60,636 bases of DNA, taken from IMG/VR virus record IMGVR_UViG_3300019768_000005, positions 1 through 60,636 of that record. One strand, 5' to 3'. Positions 8,641 to 17,181 of the stretch are shown piece by piece (position 1 is the first letter of the stretch; the number at the start of each line of letters is the position of its first letter). Origin of the DNA: a virus (lineage: Duplodnaviria; Caudoviricetes). A model generated the notes under the pieces. The model searched no databases. It was not told the DNA's origin and was given only the letters and a program-made list of their open reading frames with translations. A program made the position numbers and the translations under genes.

Positions 8641-8933
8641 TATTCTTCCCACGTCCGCTTTATTGTGTCCAAAACAGCTTGGGCGTTTTCTTTTGTTTTT
8701 TTTAGTGTCCATGTTAAATATGCACTACCTTCTTCTTCGCAATATGTAACACCTTCTCCCCATTTTACTGGGCAATATTCGCAGCTTCCAGCTTCAAGAC
8801 AAGCATGACAAAAATAATGGGATATCACCTCATTACATAATTCACTGTGAACCTCCGCCCACTCTTCTTTATCGGATTCGTTGTCTACAATCCACTGCCA
8901 CATATCGATGCATTTTTGCTTGTTTGATTTCAT
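8640..8933 (-). CDS. Cys/Trp-rich hypothetical protein (paralog of 17182..17484)
   Basis: Shares QKCI.MWQWIVDNESDKE.W, CHACLEA and TKENA.AVLD. Confidence 0.75.
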   Translation of the reverse strand: MKSNKQKCIDMWQWIVDNESDKEEWAEVHSELCNEVISHYFCHACLEAGSCEYCPVKWGEGVTYCEEEGSAYLTWTLKKTKENAQAVLDTIKRTWEE

Positions 8934-8989
8934 TATTCCTCCTTTTGTTACCCGTGGCCATATAGACCACGGCTGTTGGTTGTTTCAGC

Positions 8990-9337
8990 CTATCCCATAG
9001 ACCATTTAATTAAATCTTGCTTGTTGGTAAACACAGGTATCCCTAACGAGCCAGCCTCTTTTATTTCAGCTAATGTTCCTGCGGAATCCTGCCACCCGGG
9101 TACAAGGAACACCGCATCTGATGCTTTGAGCCACTCTATTGAATATTTATAAAATTGCTCAATAGTGAAGTCTGCCTCTGGATTATCAATAATAAAAGAC
9201 GCATCGCTCCACGGGCAAAACGGATGAAACCCGATCTGGAATAGTTTGGCGCACATTTTCCTTCCAACTCCAATGTTTTTTAAAACGTCAATTACATTTC
9301 CAGCCGAATATGGTCCTGCTACGTAGATTCTTTTCAT
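8990..9337 (-). CDS. Nucleoside 2-deoxyribosyltransferase-like (DUF4406/DUF1937-type) protein
   Basis: IYVAGPYS, DAVFLVPGWQDSAGTLAEI..A..LGIPV. Confidence 0.8.
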   Translation of the reverse strand: MKRIYVAGPYSAGNVIDVLKNIGVGRKMCAKLFQIGFHPFCPWSDASFIIDNPEADFTIEQFYKYSIEWLKASDAVFLVPGWQDSAGTLAEIKEAGSLGIPVFTNKQDLIKWSMG

Positions 9338-11994
9338 TTTATAGATGCCTCTTCGATAAAGTCAAAAAGAGACTTTTGATTTTGATTTCTCTCAAATGCT
9401 TCAAGGTATTTTACACCATCTTTAAAATATTCATGGTTTAGCTCACTCGCCATACCATATCTACCCATTTTAATGGCCATGTATGGGACCGTCATTATAC
9501 CGCCAAAAGGGTCAAATACGACATCTCCCTTGTTGCTGTATCTGTTAATTATTCTTTTAACAATATCCATCTGCAACGGGCAGATATGGTTGTTTTGGTT
9601 GCGTTTTGTTTGGCTTGTGTTTAATGTCAACATTCTATTTATGTCAGTCCAAACAGATGGGTCTTCGCTTTCAGGGGCGATACTCATAAATGTCGATGGA
9701 AGTTTCCCATGGTCGTCAACAACTTCACCGATCTTTATGTGTTCGTCATAATCATATATTTTTTCACGGCTGTATTTTTTAAATTCAGACACAAAATCAA
9801 GCGTGTTTAATTGCGTCATTTCATCTTGGCACAACAATCTATCTCCTGACGATTTCCAAAAAGCATGAGCGTCAACCTGCCACCGAGCGCGTGAATATTC
9901 TGTGTCTTTTTTAAAGTGGTGATATTCACCGCATTCATTACATAGCCACTTCCGTTCTTCTTCTTGACCATATAAAAGTGGCTCTTCGTTAAGATCTTCT
10001 GTTTTTATATCTTCGCATTTTTTGGGCACATGACCACAACTTGGGCATGCATGTTTTATTTTTTTTTGTTTTGATATAGGCTCATCTGCATATCCCTTAG
10101 TCCTGTCGGTTTGTGGTTTCCGAAATATCAGGATGTATTCCGGAGACCCTACACCCATTTTAGACCCATCTTTGCATTGCTCAGACCATCCAAGCCTATA
10201 TGTTTGATTGTTTTCCCTTACTACATCTGTAACAACTGTGATCATTCCGAGATAGTCAAACCCATGTTGCATCCCATGGAAAATGCATTCAGCGTGAAAT
10301 GGTGATACTGTCGGAGCACCCTTGCCTGTTACATTCCCGAAAAGGATTCTATCTTTTACGTGGCAGGCATATATCCTACCTGGTTTTAAAATCCTCACCA
10401 ACTCTGGAGTTAAATAATCCATCTGTTTCCAAAAATGGCCATTCGATGAAGTAAACCCAAAATCGTTATAAGATGGTGTATATTCGTAATGGTTCGCAAA
10501 TGGAATCGATGTATGTATAAGGCCAACAGACTCACTTCCTATTCGTCTTGTTTCGTCAACACAATCATTGTTAATGACACTGAAATTTTCACCTGAAACC
10601 TCATTCCTGTCAATGCCTATAGTTCTTTGCATGTCTTTAATGCGCGATGCGTTAGATAAGCCATATTTTTTAATAATATCTGTCATTTTATCAACCATTA
10701 CATCGTGTCTTTGCCACTTCTTTTTAAGCACTTCCAGGATACCTATTTCAGACGATGCGTAAATTATGTGGATGTGACACTCAGCAGTTTGTAAAAACCT
10801 GTAAATACGGTGGACAGCCTGGATGAAATCATTAAACTTAAATCCTATCCCAAGAAAAATAGAGTTATGGCAATATCTCTGGAAATTGCACCCTGATCCT
10901 GACAATATAGGTTTTGTTGCCAGGTGTTGAAATTTCCCGTTTGAAAAATCAATGATGCGCTGTTCACGAGTGTCCAAATCTTGTGAACCATAGACATCTT
11001 TCACAGTAGGAAGTGCTTTTTTTATAGCATGGCGCTCTATTTCTTGATCATGCCAGATAATAAAATGGTCTTCTGGATCTGCATTGATAATCTCGGCCAT
11101 TTTCTCGATACGATTATCAAGGGAATTACGTTTCTCCATGCTGGCAGCCTGCAAAGACATTGCAGCATCACCAAACATTAGAGTTTGACCATCCCTCTTA
11201 TCTATCCGTTCGATATCCCCTGATGCTACCTCATGATAATGGACATGCAATTTAGGTAAAATGTAACCATCATCAGGATATCCCAAATCAGATGGCTTTT
11301 GCAAAAAGATGGCCCACGATGAAACCCACAACCAGAACCGCTTTTCCATGTGCGGGTGGATTTGCAAATTATTTGCTTTTGTTGAATCTCGTTTAAAAAA
11401 CCTTGTGAGAGCCTGCCCTGTATCCATAACACCCAAGAAACCTGCATAGTGGATCAATTCTTTGTATCTGTTTGGAGATGGTGTGGCTGTAGCAACAAAA
11501 CGATATTTAACGCTTTTGAAAGCAGTCAAGAACGTCTGAAACGTCTTAGATCCATATGATCTCAAAACGCTGGCTTCATCCAGGCAAACTCCGTTGAATT
11601 GGTTTACATCCAAACGGAAATCTCTAACAGATTCATAATTTGTAATATAAATCCCTGGGCCGGATATTTCTTCTGTGCGCCGAATAAAAGTTATTTTAAT
11701 ACCAAGCTTTTCAGCGTCAATCTTAAATTCTTGCCTTACTCCCAAAGGTGCTATTATTAATTGATTACCGTGTTCTCGTTTGCCGATTATGCGCAATATT
11801 TCAAGCTGCATAAACGATTTTCCGAGCCCGAATGAAGCGAATATTGCACGGCAACCTCCGAGCAGCGACCATGACACAATATCCTTTTGATGAGGTTTTA
11901 ACAGTTGGTTTATTTCGTCTTGATTGATTTCAAACCCTGTTGAAATAGACACGTCTATTTTGTTTTCAAGAAACTTTTGATATTCCACGATCAT
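9334..11994 (-). CDS. SNF2-type helicase / DNA methyltransferase (N4C/N6A, beta class) fusion
   Basis: GLGKS Walker A, TNYE, LDEAS, TATP, QAVHRIYRF; MTase motifs TSIPF and VFDPFGG; start MIVEYQKF. Confidence 0.88.
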   Translation of the reverse strand: MIVEYQKFLENKIDVSISTGFEINQDEINQLLKPHQKDIVSWSLLGGCRAIFASFGLGKSFMQLEILRIIGKREHGNQLIIAPLGVRQEFKIDAEKLGIKITFIRRTEEISGPGIYITNYESVRDFRLDVNQFNGVCLDEASVLRSYGSKTFQTFLTAFKSVKYRFVATATPSPNRYKELIHYAGFLGVMDTGQALTRFFKRDSTKANNLQIHPHMEKRFWLWVSSWAIFLQKPSDLGYPDDGYILPKLHVHYHEVASGDIERIDKRDGQTLMFGDAAMSLQAASMEKRNSLDNRIEKMAEIINADPEDHFIIWHDQEIERHAIKKALPTVKDVYGSQDLDTREQRIIDFSNGKFQHLATKPILSGSGCNFQRYCHNSIFLGIGFKFNDFIQAVHRIYRFLQTAECHIHIIYASSEIGILEVLKKKWQRHDVMVDKMTDIIKKYGLSNASRIKDMQRTIGIDRNEVSGENFSVINNDCVDETRRIGSESVGLIHTSIPFANHYEYTPSYNDFGFTSSNGHFWKQMDYLTPELVRILKPGRIYACHVKDRILFGNVTGKGAPTVSPFHAECIFHGMQHGFDYLGMITVVTDVVRENNQTYRLGWSEQCKDGSKMGVGSPEYILIFRKPQTDRTKGYADEPISKQKKIKHACPSCGHVPKKCEDIKTEDLNEEPLLYGQEEERKWLCNECGEYHHFKKDTEYSRARWQVDAHAFWKSSGDRLLCQDEMTQLNTLDFVSEFKKYSREKIYDYDEHIKIGEVVDDHGKLPSTFMSIAPESEDPSVWTDINRMLTLNTSQTKRNQNNHICPLQMDIVKRIINRYSNKGDVVFDPFGGIMTVPYMAIKMGRYGMASELNHEYFKDGVKYLEAFERNQNQKSLFDFIEEASIK

Positions 11995-12173
11995 TCCCCT
12001 TTTTGTATAGAAACAACATGTTTTTTTACTGTTTGCCAAGCCAAGTTCAAAGCCCTTGAACAATCAGTAACTGTTCTGCCTGGGTTTGATAAAAACCATC
12101 GTTTAACCCGCTCTCTATTCCGATTTGAAACTTCGCGCATTCCGCTTGTTTTATCGCTTTTAACGTCTATCAT
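11991..12173 (-). CDS. Small HTH protein (paralog 3 of 3)
   Basis: NRERVKRWFLSNPGRTVTDCSRALNLAWQTVKKHV. Confidence 0.8.
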   Translation of the reverse strand: MIDVKSDKTSGMREVSNRNRERVKRWFLSNPGRTVTDCSRALNLAWQTVKKHVVSIQKGE

Positions 12174-12208
12174 CTAATGCTCCTTTTGATATTGATTTCG
12201 TATTCGAA

Positions 12209-12240
12209 TTATATATAGCATGGCAAAAAATATATTACAA
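12209..12240 (-). promoter_or_regulatory. Promoter cassette, diverged copy 3
   Basis: TTGTAA-TATATTTTTTGCCATGC-TATATA; spacer related to copies 1 and 2. Confidence 0.65.
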
Positions 12241-12248
12241 TGTTTTAA

Positions 12249-12286
12249 AACAGATGTTACCGAAATTCATTTCGGTAACATCTGTT
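12249..12286 (-). terminator. Perfect 17-bp inverted repeat (terminator)
   Basis: AACAGATGTTACCGAAA-TTCA-TTTCGGTAACATCTGTT. Confidence 0.7.
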
Positions 12287-12293
12287 CCGTTGG

Positions 12294-12698
12294 TTATTCA
12301 CCACACCATCTTTGATATATTTCATAAGATTCCTCATGGTCAACATCATCCGGGTAAAAATCAAGGCAATTTTGGGCGGCGTAAATAACCGAATCAAGTA
12401 TATCGTGCCTGTCTGGATTGCATTTTGAATAAATGTCAGTTAATCCAGCTATAAGCATTGATAGTATCTCTTGTGGCTCCATAGGCTTTGATAATAGGCA
12501 CCCAACTGCATCAACTATTTTTTCAACTTTTTTCTTGGAAGATGTTGAAGATGGGTATTCCCCGCAAGCCTCGTATCCGGCAATTCTTAGGGATTCTCCT
12601 GATCCCCTTATGTTTTCTGTTTCTCCTGTGAGTCTGATGCGTTCTGCGACTGCCGCAGATAGTGACAGTGTTGCAAATACTTTTGTGGTTGTGTTCAT
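12294..12698 (-). CDS. Hypothetical protein
   Basis: Likely start MNTTTKV after GGAG. Confidence 0.6.
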   Translation of the reverse strand: MNTTTKVFATLSLSAAVAERIRLTGETENIRGSGESLRIAGYEACGEYPSSTSSKKKVEKIVDAVGCLLSKPMEPQEILSMLIAGLTDIYSKCNPDRHDILDSVIYAAQNCLDFYPDDVDHEESYEIYQRWCGE

Positions 12699-12699
12699 A

Positions 12700-12885
12700 T
12701 TATTTTTCTCCGTTGCGTTTGTTTTCGCGTATTTGCCAGTCACGTCTCGCCTGGCAGTCGCCTTGACAATAAATTTCTGGTCCAGAACGTGGCATATGCT
12801 TAAACCACGTTTGGCCGAAACATTGACCGGTCTGTTTATCGCGCGCCGGGCAATAGTTGTCATATTGCGTTTTTGAATTTTTCAT
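12700..12885 (-). CDS. Small Cys-containing hypothetical protein
   Basis: ORF filling the operon gap. Confidence 0.45.
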   Translation of the reverse strand: MKNSKTQYDNYCPARDKQTGQCFGQTWFKHMPRSGPEIYCQGDCQARRDWQIRENKRNGEK

Positions 12886-13264
12886 ATCGCTGGCACCCCA
12901 AACACGGAAGTTTCTTTTTACGTTTTTTTACAATAATATCAGTCATACACTGAGACCTGTGCATGCAATCCCAAGCATCCTCTGATGCCTTAGTTTCCTT
13001 TAATACCTGCTCTATGTGGCTCTTATCACCATGCCGCTGTTTGTGTTTTGCTATCTTGTTTTGTTCGGCAAGTCTTATTTTTCGGCAGGCAGGGCACCTT
13101 GTCGTATTTGAGTTTTTTGCCTTAACTTCCGCTCCACAATCTTCGCAATTTGTTACAAAAAAAGCTTGCCGGCCAGCTTTGATGCACGGGCAGCGATAAG
13201 TCCCTTTTATTCTGAGCCTTTCGTCTGCTGTAATCTTACAACCACAGGTCATTTCGTATAGCAT
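12860..13264 (-). CDS. Multi-zinc-finger hypothetical protein
   Basis: CEDCG, CPAC and CLGC motifs. Confidence 0.65.
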   Translation of the reverse strand: MLYEMTCGCKITADERLRIKGTYRCPCIKAGRQAFFVTNCEDCGAEVKAKNSNTTRCPACRKIRLAEQNKIAKHKQRHGDKSHIEQVLKETKASEDAWDCMHRSQCMTDIIVKKRKKKLPCLGCQRYEKFKNAI

Positions 13265-13265
13265 T

Positions 13266-13445
13266 TCATTCCCCTTTTTTCTCATCCCTCAGTCGTTTAA
13301 TATTTATCGTTGCCGCGCCACCAGGGCACCTATATCCAAGCTCGTAATGTTCCACGGTGCGACCGGATACGCCGATCAGTTTACCGAAATCTGATCTGTT
13401 TAACCCCAACTTCCGCCGTATTGCTCTTATTTCGTCTTTGTTCAT
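13266..13445 (-). CDS. XRE-family HTH regulator, 59 aa
   Basis: Hand translation MNKDEIRAIRRKLGLNRSDFGKLIGVSGRTVEHYELGYRCP. Confidence 0.85.
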   Translation of the reverse strand: MNKDEIRAIRRKLGLNRSDFGKLIGVSGRTVEHYELGYRCPGGAATINIKRLRDEKKGE

Positions 13446-13447
13446 TT

Positions 13448-13636
13448 TTAAGGCCTTTTATCGGCTTGCCCTGGTATAGTTGGTTGTTCTTCGCTTTTTG
13501 TTAGAGATATACTACCAGGGAAAATAAAGGCAAAAAGAGGCCATAGACTATGGGTAAAATATATTGCAAGACACACCCCTGCTGATGTTGCAACCCATGC
13601 TAATCCGTAAGCTAAATATGCCATTTCATCTGCCAT
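13448..13636 (-). CDS. Small membrane protein
   Basis: AGGAG RBS; two hydrophobic segments. Confidence 0.65.
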   Translation of the reverse strand: MADEMAYLAYGLAWVATSAGVCLAIYFTHSLWPLFAFIFPGSISLTKSEEQPTIPGQADKRP

Positions 13637-13707
13637 GTCGATTCTCCTTTTGTGCCCGGTTTCCCGGGCGTTAGCTGTTAAAAATACATCTCGATATAAC
13701 ATTTTAT

Positions 13708-14109
13708 TTATTTTTTTCTATTCTCATGATTCAAGTTAGGCAAGCTCCAATCTGCGGCCATGTATCTACATCCTGGGCACATAAACAGTTCTTGGGTACA
13801 TCCGTGACACCCTCCGTGGAATAAAGGACGTTTAATTTCTTTATTCTCAGATAACAAAACGTTCACAGTGGAAGCTTGCCTATCGTCGGCTTTCGTTATT
13901 TTGGTCTGTTTGAATTTAATGATGTCAGTATCTTTACCGGCAGCATGAAGAAAACCATCCAACACAACCTTTTCAACGGATCCGCGCATGTATTGGATAG
14001 ATGCAATTGCAAGCATCTCAAAAAATTCAATCCGTGATTCTTCATCCATTTTACGCGCAACCGTCAATACATTTTTAATTTCCATTTCTACCGACTTCCT
14101 TTTGTCCAT
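13708..14109 (-). CDS. Hypothetical protein with C-terminal Cys cluster
   Basis: AGGAG RBS; CHGC..CPGC. Confidence 0.65.
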   Translation of the reverse strand: MDKRKSVEMEIKNVLTVARKMDEESRIEFFEMLAIASIQYMRGSVEKVVLDGFLHAAGKDTDIIKFKQTKITKADDRQASTVNVLLSENKEIKRPLFHGGCHGCTQELFMCPGCRYMAADWSLPNLNHENRKK

Positions 14110-14153
14110 AACGTTCTCCTTTGTGCCAGGTTTTCCCGGCGGTTTGGTTTTTA

Positions 14154-14372
14154 TTAAGTCACGCTAACAAGAACAACACCACCCTTTTTTACATAGAAGT
14201 TAAAAAGTTTCTTCCCGCGCGGCTTCCTGCATTTACCTGTTGCGGAATTTACTTCCTTCCCGACTATGTTTTTTGTTTGGATTGTCTCAACGATAAATGC
14301 TGTTTTACAATTTTCGTATGTAAGCTCGATACTGTTATCTTTTTTTGTCAGTGTGGTTTCTTCGGTGTGCAT
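14154..14372 (-). CDS. Hypothetical protein
   Basis: First gene after a strong promoter; AAGGGG RBS. Confidence 0.65.
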   Translation of the reverse strand: MHTEETTLTKKDNSIELTYENCKTAFIVETIQTKNIVGKEVNSATGKCRKPRGKKLFNFYVKKGGVVLVSVT

Positions 14373-14415
14373 GTTGTATCCCCTTTGTTAGTGTTTTCAC
14401 CTCAACCTGACAAAC

Positions 14416-14444
14416 ACTATACATACCTCAATGAGGTATGTCAA
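14416..14444 (-). promoter_or_regulatory. Strong promoter with a perfect palindromic operator as spacer
   Basis: TTGACA-17-TATAGT; ACATACCTCA-A-TGAGGTATGT at 14421-14441. Confidence 0.8.
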
Positions 14445-14486
14445 CACCTTTTAAATAAATTGTAAAAATAAAACTTTGCAGATTAA

Positions 14487-14516
14487 AAAAGCCCAACCGG
14501 TTATGGATGGGCTTTT
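14487..14516 (-). terminator. Intrinsic terminator
   Basis: AAAAGCCCA...TGGGCTTTT. Confidence 0.7.
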
Positions 14517-14542
14517 GCTGGCGTCACGAAAATGGTTTCGGG

Positions 14543-14749
14543 TTATTTAGATTCGCGCTCAAACATGTCACAGACAGAATTTGGCTTAACCATAAAGTCG
14601 CCAATTTTACACCTCAGTTTTTTTTCTGTATCATATCCCCACCTATCTTTGTAAATAGTAGATCTAAAGTTCTTACAAACACGACATCTTCTTTGCAACG
14701 GCTTGACTTGATAGTTTTGTGCTTTCTTAGCTTCTAATGTTTTGCTCAT
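14543..14749 (-). CDS. Small Cys-rich hypothetical protein
   Basis: CRVCKNF..C..VCD; RBS present. Confidence 0.65.
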   Translation of the reverse strand: MSKTLEAKKAQNYQVKPLQRRCRVCKNFRSTIYKDRWGYDTEKKLRCKIGDFMVKPNSVCDMFERESK

Positions 14750-14763
14750 TGATTATTCCTTTT

Positions 14764-14994
14764 TTAAATTGATGTAGTAATCTCAGGTATTTTATTATAC
14801 ATATCAATGATCTCCTTAAGATCTGAACCTTTAGCTATTACATGAGAAAAGTGTTTAAGCTCAAACCACACCCTTTTTGTCGCAACTCGGACAACAATCT
14901 CAATAGATTTATTATGTCCGTTACCGTAGCTGCCAAACAGCAGTGTTCTTGCTTCAAACTCATCTAACATTTCAACTGATATCTTGTCTTTCAT
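14764..14994 (-). CDS. Hypothetical protein
   Basis: ORF with RBS. Confidence 0.6.
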   Translation of the reverse strand: MKDKISVEMLDEFEARTLLFGSYGNGHNKSIEIVVRVATKRVWFELKHFSHVIAKGSDLKEIIDMYNKIPEITTSI

Positions 14995-15188
14995 TCTTCA
15001 TTGTCCTTATCAAATTTTTTGTAAAAAGTTATTATTGTGTTTGTGGTGCCTTGTGTTCTGTTTATATAATCCTGTATCCTCGTGATGTCTTTCCCTGATG
15101 TTATTTGCTTGTCACGAATTATTTCTGCGTTTCCATAGCCAAGGTCATTGTCTTCGATAAAAGTGTACGATACGAAATACTTAAAAAT
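14991..15188 (-). CDS. Hypothetical protein with ATT start or mutated ATG
   Basis: AGGGGTG RBS, then ATT-FKYFVSYTF...; stop overlaps the next ATG. Confidence 0.5.
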   Translation of the reverse strand: MFKYFVSYTFIEDNDLGYGNAEIIRDKQITSGKDITRIQDYINRTQGTTNTIITFYKKFDKDNEE

Positions 15189-15244
15189 ACGACGTCACCC
15201 CTTTATTCTGCATTTATTCTGCAAAGTTTAAATTTTATTCTGCA

Positions 15245-15625
15245 TTAGATAGTTTCAGGCACGGCCCTGCATCCAGAATAATAAGCCTCTAATGTCCGTG
15301 GCGATATTCCCAGGTGTTCTGCAAATTCCTTAAGTGATAATCTAAGCCACTCCTGCCGGTCTTTTAATTTCTCAACTCGCTGATGCTCCACAATGCTCCT
15401 GCCGTGCGCTCTATGCTTCGCAAACGCCTTTGCTGCGGTCATGGTATGAAAGCCTCTAAAGTAGCCGTTCCTGGTGTCCGTGACTGTACATCTATAAGAG
15501 TAATGATCAATGGTTAATTTTGTTGGGCCAACATACGCAACCCAATCACCCTCGTCATGTGAAAAAATAAGATCGTGTACGCCTCGCAAACCTCCTGTTT
15601 GTCGTATTTTGGTTTTTTTAATCAT
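15245..15625 (-). CDS. Protein with C-terminal XRE HTH
   Basis: LSLKEFAEHLGISPRTLEAYYSG. Confidence 0.7.
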   Translation of the reverse strand: MIKKTKIRQTGGLRGVHDLIFSHDEGDWVAYVGPTKLTIDHYSYRCTVTDTRNGYFRGFHTMTAAKAFAKHRAHGRSIVEHQRVEKLKDRQEWLRLSLKEFAEHLGISPRTLEAYYSGCRAVPETI

Positions 15626-15809
15626 TTAGCAACCCCTTTCTATCGTAGAAATCAATAATAGATTTGAATGTGTGGTGCTGCATTTCTATGGCTTTTGAAT
15701 GATCTTCATTGTCTCTTATCATTACAACATTTTCATATATTTCAAATTCATATCCAAACAGATACAGGCTACCTATTTTATTACCAGTTTGGTGTTTTGT
15801 TTCTTTCAT
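15618..15809 (-). CDS. Hypothetical protein
   Basis: ORF in operon. Confidence 0.55.
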   Translation of the reverse strand: MKETKHQTGNKIGSLYLFGYEFEIYENVVMIRDNEDHSKAIEMQHHTFKSIIDFYDRKGLLND

Positions 15810-15852
15810 CTTTCACCTTGTCGTATTTTGTGGTTTTTACTTGTCGTTGCGC

Positions 15853-16062
15853 TCAAACATTTTTAGTTTTTGCTGCAAGATAGCCAATGGCCATAGGCAA
15901 TACAGAAACAACAATGGGAATCAATATGGCATCATACCAGTAGACTGGCGCTACTTCCGTAGGTGGACTTGCTACGTAGTCAATTACTGCAACAAACCAA
16001 GATGTAACATACAATAAACACATAAAAATTGTTGGGTTGATTCTACTAAATAATTTTTTCAT
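15853..16062 (-). CDS. Small membrane protein
   Basis: Two hydrophobic helices. Confidence 0.55.
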   Translation of the reverse strand: MKKLFSRINPTIFMCLLYVTSWFVAVIDYVASPPTEVAPVYWYDAILIPIVVSVLPMAIGYLAAKTKNV

Positions 16063-16202
16063 GTTATTTAAATCTCCGATACAAAAACTGCCTAACATCT
16101 TTATCTATCCGCTTGTTATACTTGCCCCACTCTTCTGGGGTCATTTTTCTTGCTATCCCTGGGTGGACTTTTACCGGCTTGGCCTCTTTTGTTTTTTTCA
16201 TT

Positions 16203-16829
16203 TTAAGCCTCCTTTTTAGTCTTTTTTTTGCGTAATTTGATAACTGTTGTTTCAATAGCTTTTTCCACACTCCACCCTCTTGACAATCTCTTTCTTAAAG
16301 TAGAGTGATTTATTCCAAACCTTTCGGATATTGTGATCAATAAAACACGTTCGCCGCGATATGTTATAAACCGGTTGCTTCTCATATTCCTTTGGTTTTC
16401 TTTCCGGCTAGACCATTTGCAATTAGATTTGTAATAACCACAATTATTATTAATCCTGTCTATCTGCGCACCAACAAATGGCTTCATGCCCATATCAGAC
16501 AAGAATGATTCAAATTTTTCCCATCTTTTGCAAACAGATATCCCTCTACCACCGTAATCAATAAACCTCTTATCTTTTTCATTATTACATCTATGAATCA
16601 TTGACCTCCAAGTTTTATATTCAGAGGTATTAGACATAAGATGTTTAGAGTTCCTTTTTATAAGGACTTCTCTTAAATAACATCCACAACTTTTTGTTTC
16701 TCCTTTTATTAGGTGGTCCATTCTTACCTCTTTTTCATTGCCGCATTCACACACAACAGAAACATACCGTTTCCTTTGTATGTCCATGTTTGTGACTGTC
16801 AACCTTCCAAATACGTCTCCTATCTTCAT
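16203..16829 (-). CDS. HNH homing endonuclease
   Basis: FGRLTV, CECG, KSCGC, YGGRGI, IDRINN..GY..SNCKW. Confidence 0.85.
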   Translation of the reverse strand: MKIGDVFGRLTVTNMDIQRKRYVSVVCECGNEKEVRMDHLIKGETKSCGCYLREVLIKRNSKHLMSNTSEYKTWRSMIHRCNNEKDKRFIDYGGRGISVCKRWEKFESFLSDMGMKPFVGAQIDRINNNCGYYKSNCKWSSRKENQRNMRSNRFITYRGERVLLITISERFGINHSTLRKRLSRGWSVEKAIETTVIKLRKKKTKKEA

Positions 16830-16830
16830 A

Positions 16831-17031
16831 CTATTCCATCCTTGCAGGGTCGCAAAGAACTGATTTTGGTATTCCAAGTTTACGCAATTTTTTAAACACA
16901 GCCGGATTAATAGGCCTTTTACCAGTATTCCATCCGGACATGGTTTGTGCCGTAACCCCCAGGACCTTTGCAGCTTCTCCTAATGACATCATAGCCTCTT
17001 CCCTAAGTGCTTTTTTCAGTGCTGTTTCCAT
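16831..17031 (-). CDS. Cro-like HTH regulator
   Basis: SLGEAAKVLGVTAQTMSGWNTG; first gene of the leftward arm at a divergent control region. Confidence 0.75.
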   Translation of the reverse strand: METALKKALREEAMMSLGEAAKVLGVTAQTMSGWNTGKRPINPAVFKKLRKLGIPKSVLCDPARME

Positions 17032-17065
17032 AACAATCTTCCTTTTTAAGTTAAAATCTAACTAA

Positions 17066-17147
17066 ACATAATTTAACTAAAAATTAAAGTCAACTTAAAA
17101 TAAATTTAAAAATAACAGTTGACATCCTGTCCGGTACGGCATATGTT
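17066..17147. promoter_or_regulatory. Divergent promoter region
   Basis: Leftward TTGACT-17-TATGTT; rightward TTGACA(17119)-17-TATGTT. Confidence 0.65.
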
Positions 17148-17181
17148 TGTCGTGCGGTTAACTTTTAATTTTGGAGGCGTT

